DNA of 64,000 nucleotides from Escherichia coli (GTDB lineage Bacteria; Pseudomonadota; Gammaproteobacteria; Enterobacterales; Enterobacteriaceae): NCBI RefSeq assembly GCF_022846255.1, contig NZ_AP025682.1; one strand, 5' to 3'. Shown piece by piece: positions 54,418 to 64,000 of this stretch (position 1 is its first letter; each line of letters starts with the position of its first letter). The notes under the pieces were generated by a model. It saw only the letters and a program-made list of their open reading frames with translations, ran no database searches and was not told where the DNA came from. The position numbers and the translations under genes were made by a program.

Positions 54418-55935
54418 ATGTCTGAACGAGAAACACGGGGAGCCAATGAGGCTATTGATTTTAACGATGAACTGAGAAATCGCCGCGAAAAACTGGCGGC
54501 ACTACGTCAGCAAGGTGTGGCGTTTCCCAATGATTTTCGCCGCGACCATACCTCTGACCAGTTGCACGAAGAGTTTGATGCGAAGGATAACCAGGAACTG
54601 GAATCCTTAAACATTGAAGTCTCGGTTGCTGGCCGAATGATGACCCGTCGTATTATGGGGAAAGCCTCCTTTGTAACGTTGCAGGATGTCGGTGGCCGTA
54701 TTCAACTGTACGTTGCAAGAGATAGCCTGCCAGAAGGTGTTTATAACGATCAGTTTAAAAAATGGGATCTGGGTGACATTATCGGTGCCTGCGGTACGCT
54801 GTTTAAGACGCAAACGGGTGAGCTTTCCATTCACTGTACTGAGCTGCGCCTGCTGACTAAAGCACTACGTCCTTTACCAGATAAATTCCATGGTCTGCAG
54901 GATCAGGAAGTCCGTTATCGTCAACGTTATCTGGACCTCATCGCTAACGATAAATCCCGTCAAACGTTTGTTGTCCGTTCAAAAATTCTGGCCGCTATCC
55001 GTCAGTTCATGGTCGCACGCGGCTTTATGGAAGTAGAAACCCCGATGATGCAGGTAATTCCAGGTGGGGCATCTGCTCGCCCGTTTATTACCCATCATAA
55101 CGCTCTGGATTTAGATATGTACCTGCGTATCGCGCCGGAGCTGTATCTGAAACGTCTGGTTGTAGGCGGTTTTGAACGGGTATTCGAAATCAACCGTAAC
55201 TTCCGTAATGAAGGTATTTCTGTTCGCCATAATCCTGAGTTCACAATGATGGAACTCTACATGGCATATGCGGATTACCACGATTTGATTGAACTGACGG
55301 AGTCACTGTTCCGCACCCTGGCACAAGAGGTACTGGGTACCACTAAAGTCACTTATGGCGAGCATGTGTTTGATTTCGGCAAACCGTTTGAAAAACTCAC
55401 CATGCGCGAAGCAATCAAAAAATATCGTCCAGAAACCGATATGGCGGATCTGGATAATTTTGATGCTGCTAAAGCATTAGCTGAATCTATCGGTATTACG
55501 GTAGAGAAAAGCTGGGGGCTGGGACGTATTGTTACGGAGATCTTTGATGAAGTGGCAGAAGCACATCTGATTCAGCCAACCTTTATTACGGAATATCCGG
55601 CAGAAGTGTCCCCGCTGGCGCGCCGTAATGATGTTAACCCGGAAATCACCGACCGTTTTGAATTCTTCATCGGTGGTCGTGAAATTGGTAATGGTTTTAG
55701 CGAATTAAACGACGCAGAAGATCAGGCTGAACGTTTCCAGGAACAGGTTAACGCTAAAGCTGCAGGTGACGACGAAGCCATGTTCTATGACGAAGATTAC
55801 GTGACTGCGCTGGAATATGGCCTGCCGCCAACCGCTGGTCTGGGTATTGGTATCGACCGAATGATTATGCTGTTTACAAACAGTCATACTATTCGCGACG
55901 TTATTCTCTTCCCGGCGATGCGCCCACTGAAATAA
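54418..55935 (+). CDS. lysU: Lysine--tRNA ligase, heat-inducible (LysU)
   Basis: 505 aa starting [33 protein letters not shown]; class II aaRS motifs. Confidence 0.93.
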   Translation: MSERETRGANEAIDFNDELRNRREKLAALRQQGVAFPNDFRRDHTSDQLHEEFDAKDNQELESLNIEVSVAGRMMTRRIMGKASFVTLQDVGGRIQLYVARDSLPEGVYNDQFKKWDLGDIIGACGTLFKTQTGELSIHCTELRLLTKALRPLPDKFHGLQDQEVRYRQRYLDLIANDKSRQTFVVRSKILAAIRQFMVARGFMEVETPMMQVIPGGASARPFITHHNALDLDMYLRIAPELYLKRLVVGGFERVFEINRNFRNEGISVRHNPEFTMMELYMAYADYHDLIELTESLFRTLAQEVLGTTKVTYGEHVFDFGKPFEKLTMREAIKKYRPETDMADLDNFDAAKALAESIGITVEKSWGLGRIVTEIFDEVAEAHLIQPTFITEYPAEVSPLARRNDVNPEITDRFEFFIGGREIGNGFSELNDAEDQAERFQEQVNAKAAGDDEAMFYDEDYVTALEYGLPPTAGLGIGIDRMIMLFTNSHTIRDVILFPAMRPLK

Positions 55936-55949
55936 ATTTCACTTTAATG

Positions 55950-55980
55950 AACGAAGCAGTCAGGCGACTGCTTCGTTCGT
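55950..55980 (+). terminator. Bidirectional Rho-independent terminator between lysU and ghoT
   Basis: Perfect stem acgaagcagtc / gactgcttcgt with 4-nt loop, U-rich on both sides. Confidence 0.65.
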
Positions 55981-56052
55981 CATTCCGCAAATCCAGTTTT
56001 GAGGAGAGACGCTTCGTTTCAAGATAACCAGCGGGTCCACTCAACTACAGCT

Positions 56053-56227
56053 CCTAAAAGAGAGAAAAAAGTAATGCCACAGGCAGACTCATTGGCCAGG
56101 TTATTCCGACCAGAAATGCACTAAGTAAACGAATATGTGTTTTCTCATGTGAGATAAACCAGATAATGACAAAGGATATGTTCACACCAATCACATAAAA
56201 AATTAATATTTTAGAGAATAGTGCCAT
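56053..56227 (-). pseudogene. ghoT: Type V toxin GhoT, apparently frameshifted (+1 A) in this sequence
   Basis: ATG 56227; first 42 codons give MALFSKILIFYVIGVNISFVIIWFISHEKTHIRLLSAFLVGI; the recalled C-terminus TWPMSLPVALLFSLF* is in the +1 frame after an extra A near 56100. Caveat: the resulting 108-aa read-through ORF is absent from the supplied track. Confidence 0.5.
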
Positions 56228-56254
56228 TTTTTATGTTCTTCTTATCCTTCCTGG

Positions 56255-56551
56255 CTACTTGTAAAACTGACGGAAATAGTCATCAACGGTCATAATGCTG
56301 AGGTCAAAATCAATATCCGGTAAGTCTAAGCATTTGAGCCTGATTAAATCTTCGATTTCACTTGCGGCTAACGATGTCGTTATTGCGAAGGAGTTTTCAT
56401 TCAGTTGTCGTGGTATCCCATATTCATCAGCCACGATAGAGGAGAAATTCATATCATACATCAATGATCTTAACCTTAAGAACACTGAGGAATAAGATGA
56501 TGGATAATCAAAAGAAACAACATAAGTATTGAACTTGTTTTTACCTTCCAT
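56255..56551 (-). CDS. ghoS: Antitoxin endoribonuclease GhoS (YjdK)
   Basis: 98 aa, MEGKNKFNTYVVSFDYPSSYSSVFLRLRSLMYDM... Confidence 0.9.
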   Translation of the reverse strand: MEGKNKFNTYVVSFDYPSSYSSVFLRLRSLMYDMNFSSIVADEYGIPRQLNENSFAITTSLAASEIEDLIRLKCLDLPDIDFDLSIMTVDDYFRQFYK

Positions 56552-56778
56552 AATATGACTCCTATCAATATTGAACGCTCTGGGGACGCAAAACTTATTA
56601 ACCCCGAATGATGATTCTCATATAGGAGATATTCTTTTTTTTTGCTCAGTAAAGGGGATGACTTGGGACAAAAAAACGCTCTCTCTGACCATTCTTTGTG
56701 CATCCCCCTACCCTTCAGATGCTCTCCTGCATCACACCGCGGAGAGCATGAAAAATATCGTGACTCTGTACTCTCCCA

Positions 56779-57051
56779 TCAACTGCGAATATCATCATAC
56801 TCCCGTGTTTTATCAAATTCGTGTTTCGCAAATGGGCATAGTGGGATAATTTTTCGTTTTTCCCGACGCATTTTTTCCACGACTTTCGCAACCAGCTGTT
56901 TACCAATCCCTTGCCCTTTCAGGCTTTCATCGACATCGGTATGTTCGATAATCGCTAAATTCTCTCCGGTCGGCACAAAGACAATTTCAGCGATTTGCTT
57001 GCCTTGTTCGTCATTAATGTAAAATTTATTGTGGCCTTCGCGTATTTCCAT
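56779..57051 (-). CDS. yjdJ: GNAT-family acetyltransferase YjdJ
   Basis: 90 aa, [40 protein letters not shown]... Confidence 0.85.
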   Translation of the reverse strand: MEIREGHNKFYINDEQGKQIAEIVFVPTGENLAIIEHTDVDESLKGQGIGKQLVAKVVEKMRREKRKIIPLCPFAKHEFDKTREYDDIRS

Positions 57052-57062
57052 TTTACCCTCGC

Positions 57063-57293
57063 TTATTTATGACGGTATTTCAGCGCGCCACTCGGGCACG
57101 TATCAATCACTTTAACCACAGTGGCAACGTCGACTTCATCCGGCATGATTCACGGCTTTCGTTTGAGATTAAATAACTTGCCGTTGCCACGTACGCAATT
57201 GCCAGAATGCTGACATATCGCAGTATTGAAATAGACATCGATCTTTTCGCCGGTATAACAGCGATAACCCCCGTCCAGTAGCGCCCGATCCAT
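57063..57293 (-). pseudogene. yjdI: yjdI with in-frame TGA at codon 47 (possible pseudogene or recoding)
   Basis: Translation [81 protein letters not shown] at 57150-57152 where Trp is recalled; no 76-aa ORF in the track, consistent with the stop. Confidence 0.55.
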
Positions 57294-57473
57294 GACCTTC
57301 CCTCTCTCATCAGTATGATTATCGCTATAAGCATAGCCCCGGAATCTTCATACAGCACTGGCAGTTTCCGTTGCCAGAATCTCTTCCCCTATATAGCCAA
57401 TCATTCTTACTCCCTTTGAATTACCCGCCTCATCAGAGATAATGCTTAAGAAATTTGTCACACAAGGAAGCTG

Positions 57474-59105
57474 ATGAGACATTCATTGCCCTACCGTATG
57501 TTACGCAAACGTCCGATGAAATTGAGTACCACTGTGATCTTAATGGTCAGCGCGGTACTGTTCTCGGTGCTATTGGTGGTGCATCTGATTTACTTCTCGC
57601 AAATCAGTGATATGACGCGAGACGGGCTAGCTAACAAGGCTCTGGCAGTAGCGCGTACCCTCGCCGACTCGCCGGAAATCCGTCAGGGCTTGCAGAAAAA
57701 ACCGCAGGAGAGTGGAATCCAGGCCATCGCGGAAGCCGTGCGCAAACGCAACGATCTGCTGTTTATTGTCGTTACCGATATGCACAGTCTTCGCTACTCG
57801 CATCCTGAAGCCCAGCGTATTGGTCAGCCATTTAAAGGTGATGACATCCTTAAAGCGCTGAATGGCGAAGAAAATGTCGCTATCAATCGCGGTTTTCTGG
57901 CGCAGGCTTTACGCGTATTTACCCCCATCTACGATGAAAATCATAAACAAATTGGCGTAGTGGCGATCGGCCTTGAGTTAAGCCGCGTGACCCAACAGAT
58001 CAATGACAGTCGCTGGAGCATTATCTGGTCGGTACTATTTGGCATGCTGGTCGGACTGATCGGCACCTGCATTCTGGTTAACGTACTGAAAAAAATCCTT
58101 TTCGGCCTGGAACCCTACGAAATCTCCACACTGTTTGAGCAACGCCAGGCCATGTTGCAGTCCATCAAAGAAGGCGTCGTTGCCGTGGACGATCGCGGCG
58201 AGGTCACGCTGATCAACGATGCCGCACAAGAATTGCTGAATTACCGTAAGTCGCAGGACGATGAGAAACTGTCGACGCTAAGCCACTCGTGGTCACAAGT
58301 GGTAGATGTCTCGGAAGTGTTACGCGACGGAACCCCACGCCGCGACGAAGAGATTACGATTAAAGACCGACTATTACTGATCAACACCGTTCCGGTGCGC
58401 AGTAATGGCGTTATCATCGGTGCCATTTCAACCTTCAGGGACAAAACTGAAGTACGTAAACTGATGCAGCGACTCGACGGTCTGGTCAACTATGCTGACG
58501 CACTTCGTGAACGATCCCACGAATTTATGAATAAATTGCATGTGATTCTCGGATTATTGCATCTGAAGAGTTATAAGCAGTTGGAAGATTACATTCTCAA
58601 AACAGCCAATAACTATCAGGAAGAGATTGGCTCTCTGCTGGGTAAGATCAAATCTCCGGTTATCGCTGGTTTTTTAATCAGCAAGATTAACCGCGCGACC
58701 GATTTAGGCCATACGCTGATTTTAAACAGTGAAAGCCAGCTGCCAGACAGCGGTAGTGAGGATCAGGTCGCGACGCTGATTACCACGTTGGGAAATCTGA
58801 TAGAAAACGCGCTGGAGGCATTAGGGCCGGAACCCGGTGGCGAAATTAGCGTAACATTGCACTACCGTCACGGCTGGCTGCACTGCGAAGTTAACGATGA
58901 TGGACCGGGGATCGCACCCGACAAAATCGATCACATTTTTGACAAAGGTGTCTCGACAAAAGGAAGCGAGCGAGGCGTCGGTTTAGCACTTGTCAAACAA
59001 CAGGTAGAAAATCTCGGCGGCAGCATCGCCGTGGAATCGGAACCCGGGATTTTCACACAATTTTTTGTCCAGATACCCTGGGACGGGGAGAGGTCGAACA
59101 GATGA
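57474..59105 (+). CDS. dcuS: C4-dicarboxylate sensor histidine kinase DcuS
   Basis: 543 aa, MRHSLPYRMLRKRPMKLSTTVILMV...; overlaps the dcuR start by 4 nt. Confidence 0.95.
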   Translation: MRHSLPYRMLRKRPMKLSTTVILMVSAVLFSVLLVVHLIYFSQISDMTRDGLANKALAVARTLADSPEIRQGLQKKPQESGIQAIAEAVRKRNDLLFIVVTDMHSLRYSHPEAQRIGQPFKGDDILKALNGEENVAINRGFLAQALRVFTPIYDENHKQIGVVAIGLELSRVTQQINDSRWSIIWSVLFGMLVGLIGTCILVNVLKKILFGLEPYEISTLFEQRQAMLQSIKEGVVAVDDRGEVTLINDAAQELLNYRKSQDDEKLSTLSHSWSQVVDVSEVLRDGTPRRDEEITIKDRLLLINTVPVRSNGVIIGAISTFRDKTEVRKLMQRLDGLVNYADALRERSHEFMNKLHVILGLLHLKSYKQLEDYILKTANNYQEEIGSLLGKIKSPVIAGFLISKINRATDLGHTLILNSESQLPDSGSEDQVATLITTLGNLIENALEALGPEPGGEISVTLHYRHGWLHCEVNDDGPGIAPDKIDHIFDKGVSTKGSERGVGLALVKQQVENLGGSIAVESEPGIFTQFFVQIPWDGERSNR

Positions 59106-59821
59106 TCAATGTATTAATTATCGATGATGACGCAATGGTCGCGGAGCTGAATCGCCGATACGTGGCACAAATCCCGGGCTTTCAATGCTGTGGAACGGCT
59201 TCGACGCTGGAGAAAGCCAAAGAGATTATCTTCAATAGCGATACGCCTATCGACCTGATATTGCTAGATATCTATATGCAAAAAGAGAACGGGCTCGATT
59301 TACTGCCTGTCCTGCATAACGCGCGTTGCAAAAGTGATGTGATTGTCATCTCCTCCGCTGCCGATGCAGTAACCATTAAAGATTCGCTGCATTACGGTGT
59401 TGTGGATTACCTGATCAAACCCTTCCAGGCTTCCCGCTTTGAAGAGGCGCTCACCGGCTGGCGGCAAAAGAAAATGGCGCTGGAAAAACATCAGTATTAT
59501 GACCAGGCCGAGCTTGATCAGCTAATCCACGGCAGCAGCTCCAACGAGCAGGATCCTCGTCGCTTGCCAAAAGGCTTAACGCCGCAGACGTTACGCACGC
59601 TGTGCCAGTGGATTGACGCGCATCAGGACTATGAGTTTTCAACCGACGAGCTGGCTAACGAGGTTAACATCTCGCGTGTTTCCTGCCGTAAATACCTTAT
59701 CTGGCTGGTCAACTGCCACATATTGTTCACCAGTATCCATTATGGCGTCACGGGGCGTCCGGTTTACCGTTACCGTATTCAGGCAGAACACTACTCACTA
59801 CTGAAACAATATTGCCAATAA
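59102..59821 (+). CDS. dcuR: Response regulator DcuR
   Basis: 239 aa, MINVLIIDDDAMVAELNRRYVAQIPGF... Confidence 0.95.
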   Translation: MINVLIIDDDAMVAELNRRYVAQIPGFQCCGTASTLEKAKEIIFNSDTPIDLILLDIYMQKENGLDLLPVLHNARCKSDVIVISSAADAVTIKDSLHYGVVDYLIKPFQASRFEEALTGWRQKKMALEKHQYYDQAELDQLIHGSSSNEQDPRRLPKGLTPQTLRTLCQWIDAHQDYEFSTDELANEVNISRVSCRKYLIWLVNCHILFTSIHYGVTGRPVYRYRIQAEHYSLLKQYCQ

Positions 59822-60391
59822 CGGATCGCTGGTTATCTGTAAGTAATAATTATTACCGTAATGCAAAATCCCCCTGGCACAAGTTACATCGTTCATCAGT
59901 AAAACTTGTGCCAGATCAAATATAATTATCCCTCCATCATCGCTAAAAATTAATATCTCTTCAGATGAACGGTGTTTTTAATTTCAAAACGCTAACAAAA
60001 GTTAATTAACTATTATGTCACCCACATTATGTGTATTTTTACCCACAAATGGGTAGATCAGATTAATCTATAAACCTAATGATACCTGCCCTGAGAACAA
60101 AAAACAGACCGATAAATATCAATAAGATAACAGCAAACAAAACATTAACATCTGCGCTGTACAAACTATAAACCCATCGCCAGAGAGTCTTTCTCTCTGA
60201 AAAAGCCGCTTATCACAGTGCATAAATTTGCCGCTGCTTTAATCAGCCAATATTCACTGTGAGGTATTTGCTCAAGCCGGTAACGACCAAACGGATATTT
60301 AGTCAGGCTCTGAAAACAGTTCATACAAAACAGAACGTGACTGTGATCTATTCAGCAAAAATTTAAATAGGATTATCGCGAGGGTTCACAC
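59822..60391 (+). promoter_or_regulatory. dcuB promoter/regulatory region (approximate; DcuR/FNR-regulated in E. coli)
   Basis: 570-bp AT-rich intergenic region upstream of dcuB; placed from established operon knowledge, sites not resolved. Confidence 0.35.
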
Positions 60392-61732
60392 ATGTTATTT
60401 ACTATCCAACTTATCATAATACTGATATGTCTGTTTTATGGTGCCAGAAAGGGGGGTATCGCGCTGGGTTTATTAGGCGGTATCGGTCTGGTCATTCTGG
60501 TCTTCGTCTTCCACCTTCAGCCAGGTAAACCACCGGTTGATGTCATGCTGGTTATCATTGCGGTGGTGGCGGCATCGGCGACCTTGCAAGCTTCGGGCGG
60601 TCTTGATGTCATGCTGCAAATTGCCGAGAAGCTGCTGCGTCGCAACCCGAAATATGTCTCAATTGTCGCGCCGTTTGTGACCTGTACGCTGACCATTCTT
60701 TGCGGTACGGGTCATGTGGTTTACACCATTCTGCCGATCATCTACGACGTTGCTATTAAGAACAACATCCGTCCGGAACGTCCGATGGCGGCAAGTTCTA
60801 TCGGTGCACAGATGGGGATTATCGCCAGTCCGGTGTCGGTTGCGGTCGTATCTTTGGTTGCGATGCTGGGTAATGTCACCTTTGATGGTCGCCATCTTGA
60901 GTTCCTCGACCTGCTGGCAATCACCATTCCATCGACGTTAATCGGTATCCTGGCGATCGGTATCTTCAGCTGGTTCCGCGGTAAAGATCTGGATAAAGAC
61001 GAAGAGTTCCAAAAATTCATCTCCGTACCGGAAAACCGTGAGTATGTTTACGGTGATACCGCGACGCTGCTGGATAAAAAACTGCCGAAAAGCAACTGGC
61101 TGGCAATGTGGATCTTCCTCGGGGCAATCGCTGTAGTCGCCCTTCTTGGTGCTGATTCGGACCTGCGTCCATCCTTCGGCGGCAAACCGCTGTCGATGGT
61201 ACTGGTTATTCAGATGTTTATGCTGCTGACCGGGGCGCTGATTATTATCCTGACCAAAACCAATCCCGCGTCTATCTCAAAAAACGAAGTCTTCCGTTCC
61301 GGTATGATCGCCATCGTGGCGGTGTACGGTATCGCATGGATGGCTGAAACCATGTTCGGTGCGCATATGTCTGAAATTCAGGGCGTACTGGGTGAAATGG
61401 TGAAAGAGTATCCGTGGGCCTATGCCATTGTTCTGCTGCTGGTTTCCAAGTTTGTAAACTCTCAGGCTGCGGCGCTGGCGGCGATTGTTCCGGTCGCGCT
61501 GGCGATCGGCGTTGACCCCGCTTACATCGTGGCTTCAGCACCGGCTTGCTACGGTTATTACATCCTGCCGACTTATCCGAGCGATCTGGCAGCGATTCAG
61601 TTTGACCGTTCCGGCACCACCCACATCGGTCGCTTCGTCATCAACCACAGCTTTATTCTGCCGGGGTTGATTGGTGTGAGCGTATCGTGCGTCTTCGGCT
61701 GGATCTTCGCCGCGATGTACGGGTTCTTATAA
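60392..61732 (+). CDS. dcuB: Anaerobic C4-dicarboxylate transporter DcuB
   Basis: 446 aa, [30 protein letters not shown]... Confidence 0.95.
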
Positions 61733-61809
61733 ATGCACTTTGCGTGCCGCCCGTGACTACGCGGCACGCCATTTTCGAATAACAAATACAGAGTTACAGG
61801 CTGGAAGCT

Positions 61810-63456
61810 ATGTCAAACAAACCCTTTATCTACCAGGCACCTTTCCCGATGGGGAAAGACAATACCGAATACTATCTACTCACTTCCGATTACGTTAGCG
61901 TTGCCGACTTCGACGGCGAAACCATCCTGAAAGTGGAACCAGAAGCCCTGACCCTGCTGGCGCAGCAAGCCTTTCACGATGCTTCTTTCATGCTCCGCCC
62001 GGCACACCAGAAACAGGTTGCGGCTATTCTTCACGATCCAGAAGCCAGCGAAAACGACAAGTACGTGGCGCTGCAATTCTTAAGAAACTCCGAAATCGCC
62101 GCCAAAGGCGTGCTGCCGACCTGCCAGGATACCGGCACCGCGATCATCGTCGGTAAAAAAGGTCAGCGCGTGTGGACCGGTGGCGGTGATGAAGAAGCAC
62201 TGTCGAAAGGTGTCTATAACACCTATATCGAAGATAACCTGCGCTATTCACAGAACGCGCCGCTGGACATGTATAAAGAGGTCAACACCGGCACGAACCT
62301 GCCTGCGCAAATCGACCTGTATGCGGTAGATGGCGATGAGTACAAATTCCTCTGTGTCGCTAAAGGCGGCGGCTCTGCCAACAAAACGTATCTCTACCAG
62401 GAAACCAAAGCCCTGCTGACGCCCGGCAAACTGAAAAACTTCCTCGTCGAGAAAATGCGTACCCTCGGTACTGCGGCCTGCCCGCCGTACCATATCGCGT
62501 TTGTGATTGGCGGTACGTCTGCGGAAACCAACCTGAAAACCGTCAAGTTAGCAAGCGCTCACTATTACGATGAACTGCCGACGGAAGGGAACGAACATGG
62601 TCAGGCGTTCCGCGATATCCAGCTGGAACAGGAACTGCTGGAAGAGGCCCAGAAACTCGGTCTTGGCGCGCAGTTTGGCGGTAAATACTTCGCGCACGAC
62701 ATCCGCGTTATCCGTCTGCCACGTCACGGCGCATCCTGCCCGGTAGGCATGGGCGTTTCCTGCTCCGCAGACCGTAATATCAAAGCGAAAATTAACCGCG
62801 AAGGTATCTGGATCGAAAAACTGGAACACAATCCAGGCCAGTACATTCCAGAAGAACTGCGTCAGGCAGGTGAAGGCGAAGCAGTGAAAGTCGACCTTAA
62901 CCGCCCGATGAAAGAGATCCTTGCCCAGCTTTCGCAATACCCGGTATCCACCCGCTTGTCGCTCACCGGCACCATTATCGTGGGTCGCGATATTGCACAC
63001 GCCAAGCTGAAAGAGCTGATTGACGCCGGTAAAGAACTGCCGCAGTACATCAAAGATCACCCGATCTACTACGCGGGTCCGGCGAAAACGCCTGCCGGTT
63101 ATCCATCAGGTTCACTTGGCCCAACCACCGCAGGTCGTATGGACTCCTACGTGGATCTGCTGCAATCCCACGGCGGCAGCATGATCATGCTGGCGAAAGG
63201 TAATCGCAGTCAGCAGGTTACCGACGCGTGCCATAAACACGGCGGCTTCTACCTCGGTAGCATCGGCGGTCCGGCGGCGGTACTGGCGCAGCAGAGCATC
63301 AAGCATCTGGAATGCGTCGCTTATCCGGAGCTGGGTATGGAAGCTATCTGGAAAATCGAAGTAGAAGATTTCCCGGCGTTTATCCTGGTCGATGACAAAG
63401 GTAACGACTTCTTCCAGCAGATCGTCAACAAACAGTGCGCGAACTGCACTAAGTAA
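61810..63456 (+). CDS. fumB: Fumarate hydratase class I, anaerobic (FumB)
   Basis: 548 aa, [47 protein letters not shown]... Confidence 0.95.
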   Translation: MSNKPFIYQAPFPMGKDNTEYYLLTSDYVSVADFDGETILKVEPEALTLLAQQAFHDASFMLRPAHQKQVAAILHDPEASENDKYVALQFLRNSEIAAKGVLPTCQDTGTAIIVGKKGQRVWTGGGDEEALSKGVYNTYIEDNLRYSQNAPLDMYKEVNTGTNLPAQIDLYAVDGDEYKFLCVAKGGGSANKTYLYQETKALLTPGKLKNFLVEKMRTLGTAACPPYHIAFVIGGTSAETNLKTVKLASAHYYDELPTEGNEHGQAFRDIQLEQELLEEAQKLGLGAQFGGKYFAHDIRVIRLPRHGASCPVGMGVSCSADRNIKAKINREGIWIEKLEHNPGQYIPEELRQAGEGEAVKVDLNRPMKEILAQLSQYPVSTRLSLTGTIIVGRDIAHAKLKELIDAGKELPQYIKDHPIYYAGPAKTPAGYPSGSLGPTTAGRMDSYVDLLQSHGGSMIMLAKGNRSQQVTDACHKHGGFYLGSIGGPAAVLAQQSIKHLECVAYPELGMEAIWKIEVEDFPAFILVDDKGNDFFQQIVNKQCANCTK

Positions 63457-63463
63457 CCTCTTC

Positions 63464-63515
63464 GGCCCAGCGCCTGGCAGCATGCTGCCAGGTGATCCCC
63501 CTGGGCCACCTCTTT
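63464..63515 (+). terminator. Rho-independent terminator after fumB (nested hairpins)
   Basis: cctggcagc-atg-ctgccagg inside ggcccag...ctgggcc, followed by a T-rich tract. Confidence 0.5.
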
Positions 63516-63578
63516 TGCGATTGTAATTTCACGCTTACTGGTCAATAGTCAGTATTTTCCCTGACTTGCGAACTCACC

Positions 63579-64000
63579 ATGACCCGCACACTCAAGCCGT
63601 TAATTCTTAACACCGGCGCACTGGCGCTAACGTTAATCCTGATTTATACCGGCATTTCGGCCCATGACAAACTCACCTGGCTGATGGAAGTGACACCGGT
63701 GATTATTGTCGTGCCGCTACTGCTTGCCACCGCTAAACGTTATCCGTTAACGCCGCTGCTTTATACGCTCATTTTCTTTCACGCCATCATCCTGATGGTC
63801 GGCGGGCAATACACCTACGCGAAAGTCCCCGTTGGTTTTGAGGTGCAGGAATGGCTGGGGTTGAGCCGTAATCCGTATGACAAACTGGGGCATTTTTTCC
63901 AGGGGCTGGTGCCTGCACTGGTGGCACGAGAGATCCTCGTGCGCGGGATGTACGTTCGCGGGCGTAAAATGGTGGCGTTTCTGGTCTGTTGTGTCGCGCT
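63579..64000 (+). CDS. yjdF: Inner-membrane protein YjdF, N-terminal part (3' end outside the window)
   Basis: MTRTLKPLILNTGALALTLILIYTGISAHDKLTWLMEVTPVIIVVPLLL... hydrophobic; ATG at 63579; frame open to window end. Confidence 0.8.
   Translation, partial: MTRTLKPLILNTGALALTLILIYTGISAHDKLTWLMEVTPVIIVVPLLLATAKRYPLTPLLYTLIFFHAIILMVGGQYTYAKVPVGFEVQEWLGLSRNPYDKLGHFFQGLVPALVAREILVRGMYVRGRKMVAFLVCCVA

Noticed and set aside
63457..63578. Possible yjdF riboswitch upstream of yjdF
   Set aside because: The yjdF RNA motif is known mainly from Firmicutes; the 120-bp spacer here is mostly occupied by the fumB terminator and I could not identify the motif by eye.

Overview
Enterobacterial (E. coli-type) chromosome segment with conserved core genes at both ends (dcuA-cutA-dsbD-yjdC-pheU on the left; cadC-cadB-cadA-dtpC-lysU-ghoST-yjdJ-yjdI-dcuS-dcuR-dcuB-fumB-yjdF on the right) and a mosaic genomic island of about 43 kb inserted at the 3' end of tRNA-Phe (about 3.46-46.7 kb). 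The island is bounded by an imperfect direct repeat of the tRNA 3' end plus about 120 bp, and a decayed second integrase copy lies just beyond the right repeat. Island cargo, left to right: P4-type integrase; an Afa/Dr-like chaperone-usher adhesin operon with PapB/PapI-like regulators and a Pap-type double-GATC switch; IS3-family, IS110, IS630, IS4, IS30 and IS481 elements or remnants; a nanXY (yjhBC)-like sialic-acid-derivative module behind a triple-GGTATA NanR operator; a decayed TpsB/CdiB-like transporter with a poly-G tract; an HD-domain dGTPase followed by a small membrane protein; an H-NS paralog divergent from a ProQ/FinO-domain paralog; AlpA and three YagK/YfjJ-family genes; an OLD-family ATPase-TOPRIM nuclease; a 376-aa Cys-rich hypothetical; and a CP4-57-like backbone (YfjP GTPase, WYL regulator, DUF932, KlcA, RadC, YeeT, CbeA/CbtA). 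The best candidates for undescribed or defence-related biology are the dGTPase plus membrane-protein pair, the singleton OLD-like nuclease, and the 376-aa hypothetical, all in low-GC cargo bracketed by IS remnants. All calls rest on hand translation and recalled family signatures; no database search was run, and the supplied ORF track uses ATG/GTG/TTG starts, so several starts were re-placed by hand.
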